Assembly: GCF_009914755.1 (NCBI RefSeq)
Contig: NC_060935.1
Source of the DNA: the human T2T-CHM13v2.0 reference genome, Homo sapiens
DNA length: 64,000 bases
Strand: one strand, 5' to 3'
The first letter of the stretch is position 1, and every line of letters starts with the position of its first letter. The position numbers and the translations under genes are program-made. Of the stretch, positions 58,021-64,000 are shown piece after piece. The notes under the pieces were generated by a model. The model was not told the origin of the DNA. It did no database searches and saw only the letters and a program-made list of their open reading frames with translations.

Positions 58021-60347
58021 CACCACTTTTTAAGTAGCTGTTATCACCACCACCAATTTACATATGATGAAACATACAAAGAGGATATATGATTGACCCA
58101 AAATTTAAACTCTAACTTAAAACCTATTTCCCTTTCCACTTCAAAACATCCAATTCTTCTAGGCTAATATCTGAGAATAAATTTTCGTATCTCTAAATTT
58201 CATGGTTCTCATTAGTACTAAAGCAACAGTGTGCTTATTTTCCCAACCTAGAGTCCCAGATTGATCCTATAAACTGAAGAACTGGAGACCTGGAGGAAGG
58301 GAGAGGACATGTGGGGGTGTGGTGTGTGTAGTATGCCTGGTATGTGTATATCTATACAGTTCCAAAAGTGTTTTCCAATTTGAACTTCAACAATTGTTAC
58401 AAAGGTCACTGCATAGCTGAGCTTTTTAGCGGGGAAGAGAAACATTAAGAAAGAAAAAGAAAGAAAGAAAAAAAACTTTACTTTCCCCAATCAGCCCAGC
58501 TTATTTGTTCTCTACTATATTTCTGACCCCTGGTTCAACCGTGATTAATCTATATCTGGAGGTGATTTTTTAAAAAATCTATCTTATCTATTAAAAACTA
58601 AATTGAATTGTCTTTTTAAGAGTACACTTATTCAAACAATTACACACTCAGGAAATCAATGTTGTAAAGAGTCAAAGAGATCATTCAACCCCCAAGTTTG
58701 ACAAATAAGAAAGCTGAAAGCCAGAGGGGAAAGTGACATGCCTGATGTCAGATAGCTAATTAGCTAGTGACAGAGTTAGGACTAGAACCTAGAAGTCCTA
58801 ATTCTCAGTTCAGAACTCCTTCTGCTATAACATGCTTCCTCTTTTTAAAAAAAAATCAAGGGAAATAATGCACTTTAAATCTCTCTTGGTAGATAGTTGA
58901 TTTTCGTTATCATTTTCCTCAGTTCACTTAAGAAGCAACATTGGTTCTTAATTCAGCACTTTAATTTTCCATGTCTAACATGTAATTTAACAATGAAATG
59001 CTCATCTAATAGCAGAAGCAATTTATAGGAAAGTATTTTGTGAGACACAACTTGTCTAATGATACTAAGAATTCCACGATAGAACCAGCATATGAGTTTT
59101 CATATGTGCTAGTTAAGGGAGGAGATTAACCATAGTTTAAATGATATTTTTTTCAGAAATAGCAAATTGGGATCTTCTATAGGGAAAACAGTTACATATG
59201 GGCTTTGAAAGACTTCAATGCCCATCACTGATCAAATTTAACCACTGACATATGGGCCACAAGAATCCTTGCATTTCATTTGCCCATGTATTTGAAAACT
59301 TGAGTGCTCAAGGGATTCCCCAGATCCTAATTTCCTTTTAATAAGAGTAAGAGCTTATGTAAAATATGGTAGTCTAAGTTCTTTGGAAACAAGGTATCAA
59401 AATAACAAGAAATTATAATTTTAAAAAATCAGTGCCATACTGGGAGTGTAGAAAAATAGAAATGCAGAGTTATGAAGATTTAACAGCCAAAATGAGGCCA
59501 GATAAATCACGTAAGTATATAGTTATTAAGCATTTGTTGGTATATAGAAAATGACAGAGAAGTAGAAAAAAATTAAACTCAAAAAATAGTACTATGCTCA
59601 TCTTACAATTTATAAGTTGTTTAATAAGAGCTATTAAAGTACATAAAATATTTCATTAACTATGAAGTTACAGAGTGGAAGGTTTCTGGAATGTAAGTCA
59701 GGAGATCTGGGTTCTAGTTTCAATTTTGCCACCTTGTACAAGTAATTCTCTGGGCTTCCATTTACCTGCCTGTAATATGAGAGGTTGAACTAGGTAACCT
59801 ATAAGGATACTTCTAGTTTGGGTTACAATGCTAGAAATAGTCCTTTAGTGTGGGCTCTCTGCAATATTAAAAATGTATGGAAGTAATTCAATTTTTACTA
59901 TGCCTGTAAAGATCATTAATATTTTGGTAGCATTAGAAAAAAAAAACACTTATGTTACTGAGAATGGCAAATGTATGTATGTTGTATATATACACACATA
60001 TACACATTTATTAGGTTAATATTATGTGTTAATGTACAACTAGCATTAACTTTTCAGATGCGATATTTTTGTTAATTTTAAGAGTATTCTGCATTATAAA
60101 GGTCAATTTCTTTTACATTATAACTAATGTCAGTTTGGCCAACAAACTCACTAATTCACAAAATACATTTTTATCTCTTTATATTTACAAAAGACCTCTG
60201 TTGGAATAAAAACAGAATACAGAAGGTGAACTTACATCATTCTGTATATGAGGAAATATAACTTTTAATTCTTTGATTTGTTACAGTTTCATATGTAAAT
60301 TTAGTGAGTTTTGTTTGCATATTGTAATAATAATCAGACTGAGGAAG

Positions 60348-60580
60348 AAGTATGGTGAAGTGTTTAAGAGCTTGGGTTCTGGAGTCAGATTCCCCAGTTT
60401 AAAATCTTTGCTATGCCACTTCCTAGAACAGTAACTTTGGTCTCGTTTTATCTTGTGTAAAATTGGAATAGTGATAGAGTGTTGTATAGATCAAGTGAGT
60501 TAACGCAAGTTAATACATGTGAAGCACTTAGAACAGTTGCCTTCACATAGTGAGCACTCAATAAATACTTGCCATTATGA
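60348..60580 (+). mobile_element. MIR
   Basis: gtttaagagcttgggttctggagtcaga...gaagcacttagaacagt...gtgagcactcaataaat. Confidence 0.75.
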
Positions 60581-61210
60581 TCATATAATGTCTATATTAA
60601 AATCTATTTTAGAGTCTTAAGAATGAAGAACAAAAGTAGCGTAATATAGAAATATTATGATTTATTTTATCCTGTTTAATAAATTTACATAATCACAGAC
60701 ACTTTCATTGACTAGAAAGTGTCACTTTATCCCAACCTCTGGAAAGTTGGAAATTCAGGCATGGTAGATATGATCATGTCACTCTCTGAGTTTAAACTCT
60801 TCAAAGGCTCTCAACTAATAAAGTCCAGACTTTCCAACATGATATACATAGCACTTCATGATTTTGCCATTACTTGCCCATCTCGCCTCATCTAACTTTT
60901 GACATCCAAATTTAGCACACACCGACCCCTACTACAAATGCACATACACATATACCACTATTTTCACTGAAAACATAAAAATCTCCAGAAAAGTCATTTC
61001 TCTCTCATGCTGCTGTGTCTTACCCACTCTATTCACACTGCCCAAAACACTCTTCTACCCATCTTTCCAACTGTTAGTACTATTTTAAAAGTGAGAAATT
61101 AAGAAGAAACCAAATGCTTATCAATAGAAGAATGGATAAACAAAGTATTATTTATTGATAGCTAGGAATATTATGCAGACAGCCCTCAAACTGATGAAAA
61201 GAACAAATTC

Positions 61211-61510
<300 letters not shown>

Positions 61511-62269
61511 TCATTTATTTAACAAATATTTATTGAGGACATTTTATGTGCTGTTCTAGATTTTACAGGTTAGTGAACAAAATAAACAAAAATTTTATCC
61601 CCAAGAATGAGGTATAGTTTGTACTGTTTTTTGAAAAAAAAGAAAGTTGCATAGCACATTTGTATTTTTAAAAATATAATTTTTTAAAACTAAAATATGC
61701 ATAGGAATGTGTTGCATAAACAACAGAGTATCAACAGTGATTGTCTGTGGGCTGTGCAATAAGGCCAGCAGAGACAAAGGAATGAGAAAATTTTATTTAT
61801 TCTTTATATACTTCTATATTGATATTGTATAATAGTCTACATTAATAAATACTAATTTACAATTTTTGAAATTATTAAGAAGAAAATATTTCTTGCTCAA
61901 GGCTAACTAATTAAGTTATTTCTTCCCAACATAAAAGGATTATTTCTACTAAAGGTCACTTAAAGAAAGTTGAGATAGAATTTGAAGTAAGAAGATATTT
62001 AAAGAAATTAATTTCCTTCTATCTGATGTTTTGAATAATTGTGTAGACTTTTTAAAAATAAATAAACATTTAATTCTATGGGAAGAGAGTGCCTATTTCC
62101 TTCATCAGTATTACATACACATCTGTCATTTGAATTTCATACCTTCAACTCTCATGTACTCCAAAAAGCATTTTGGACACTATCAGGGTATGAATATAAT
62201 ATAGCCATACACCTAAATTGTATGCATAAAACTACTTTTCTAATAATACTATAATCTTTTCTGTCTTTT

Positions 62270-63227
62270 TCACTGTATTGGTATTTTCTCTAATGGTGCA
62301 AAAGCAATGGTGAGTGAAATTCCTGGCGCTTTCGCACAAATTAAGGCAGTGGCACTCAACTGTACTAGTCTTTGAAATCAGAGTAGACTGCTTTTTTAAA
62401 AAATAGAACAGCATTTTTACTTGAAAAAATGACTGACAGACAAAGAGTGGTTATTTAGATTTGAATTTTTAACAGGTATTTTCCCAAAAATGAAACAAAG
62501 TGAGCTTTTCACTTGAAGGAAAACAACTAACTGTATTTGTTTGTCAGTGATAGAATCTGAGCCTCCAAATTAGCAAATATGGTATTAATGGATGTGATGT
62601 TTTTACATTGCATTATGAAATATGTCAACATTTGGAAGTTCTATATAACTCAGAGATATAACATCTTCCAAATGACCAATACAAAATCTTACAAAAGCAT
62701 GCAATGGTAAAAGATCCATTCAAATTGTAAGTCAGATCAATGGATTTTAATATCATGTAATAAAATATGAAGATGCTTTATATTTCAGATTCCACATCAT
62801 CATTCTACTTGTAAATTTTGATGTAGTATTGAAGAATATCCACAAATATCTCAATAAGCTATTAAAATATTTCATTTTCTAAATACATATATGTGTGGGC
62901 TTCATACACTTCAACCAAAACAACATATTGTGACAGACTGAATGCAGAAGCATACATGGGAATTCATCTCCTCTTAAGCCTGAAATACAAAAAATTTATG
63001 AAATTGTAACATAATGCCACTCTTCTCACAAAATTGTTTTTGTAAAAGTATGTTGTTTTGGCAATAAGTTTATTGTTATTTTAAACAAATTAGTATTTTA
63101 AATTTTTTCTCAGTTTTAATTTCTAATACTAGAATATAAGTGGACAAAAGCTATAAAAATGAAAGCTTTTCGGGGGTCTTCATTAGCTTTTAAGACTTAA
63201 AAACAACCTAAAGGTATGAGAACTGCT
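62270..63227 (+). mobile_element. Charlie1-like hAT DNA transposon fossil
   Basis: Decayed transposase remnants (ggttatttagatttg...aaacaaagtgagc...cacttgaaggaaaacaactaactgtatttg) and the terminus ggtatgagaactgctg. Confidence 0.7.
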
Positions 63228-63363
63228 GTGTACTATGTAAGTGATTCTGGGTTACTAGTCTGGCTAAGCTCTATGCAAACTGAGTTAACTGGTTCCCCAA
63301 TTCTAAGACATACTAGACACTCAAATATGTGTGAAATGTAAATGATCCTCAAAAATATTTCTG

Positions 63364-63657
63364 GGCCCGGCAGGGTGGCTCACACCGGTAATCCCAGCAC
63401 TTTGGGAGGCCGAAGTGGGAGGATCACTTGAGTGCAGGAGTTGGAGACTAGCCTGGATAACATGGCAAAACCCCGTCTCTACTAAAATACACAAATTAGC
63501 TGGGCGTGGTGGTGAGTGCCTGTCCCCAGCTACTCAGGAGGCCAAGACACAAGAATCGTTTCAGCCTGGAAGGCGGAGATGGTAGTGAGCTAAGCTCGTA
63601 CCACAGCACTCCAACCTGGGTGACAGCATGAGACTCTGTCTCAAAAAAAAGAAAAAA
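63364..63657 (+). mobile_element. Alu (old S/Jb)
   Basis: Full dimer with an A-rich tail. Confidence 0.9.
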
Positions 63658-63879
63658 TTATATATATTTTTTTTTCTGGAAAAATAAATACATTTTTGAA
63701 TAAATGAAAAATGTGAGTTTTAAATCAGAACTGAGTTGGAAAACTAGCTCCAATACTTACTAGGCTTTTCAGTTTGGGACAAATTATTATTGCTTTTTCT
63801 GAGCCTTAGTTTCTCCATATATAAAAATAAGATTTATAGTATCTATTCAACAGAATTGCTATAAATGTGTTTTCAATAT

Positions 63880-64000
63880 TGTTAATAAGACAGTATGTGG
63901 AGAAAGTGAAACCCACATACACTACTGGTTGGAATGTAAAATGGTATAGCTGCTTTGGAATCAGTCTATCAGTTCCTCCAAAGGTTAAACAGAGTTACTA
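63880..64000 (+). mobile_element. Old L1M ORF2 3' fragment running off the window
   Basis: atgtggagaaa...actggttggaatgtaaaatggtatagctgctttggaa...gttcctccaaaggttaaacagagttac. Confidence 0.75.

Overview
Human genomic DNA (the AluYa5 insertion is human-specific), AT-rich, apparently lying wholly inside the SOX6 gene, which is transcribed on the minus strand. Only two coding exons are present: 40898-40726 (173 bp) and 37895-37827 (69 bp), encoding the leucine-zipper/Q-box coiled-coil region. The 69-bp exon is missing from the ORF track. The rest is intron containing a dead L1PA 3' end, about 14 Alus (one near-pristine AluYa5 and one Alu nested in another), MIR, L2, LTR and DNA-transposon fossils, microsatellites and several enhancer-like blocks without recognisable repeats. 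I found no evidence for a new gene or a new biological system. The most unusual structures visible directly in the sequence are: (1) a ~270-bp mosaic insertion at 11237-11506 built from three nearby loci, with fold-back hairpins at its junctions, which looks like a fossil template-switching/Pol-theta repair event; (2) a non-Alu 131-bp, 96%-identical inverted repeat (28001-28131 / 28720-28850) that should form dsRNA in the SOX6 pre-mRNA; (3) several smaller snap-back scars; (4) two dense TGACA (MEIS/TGIF-type) clusters and a SOXE-dimer-like site. Repeat subfamily names come from memory of consensus sequences, and the boundaries of ancient repeats are approximate.
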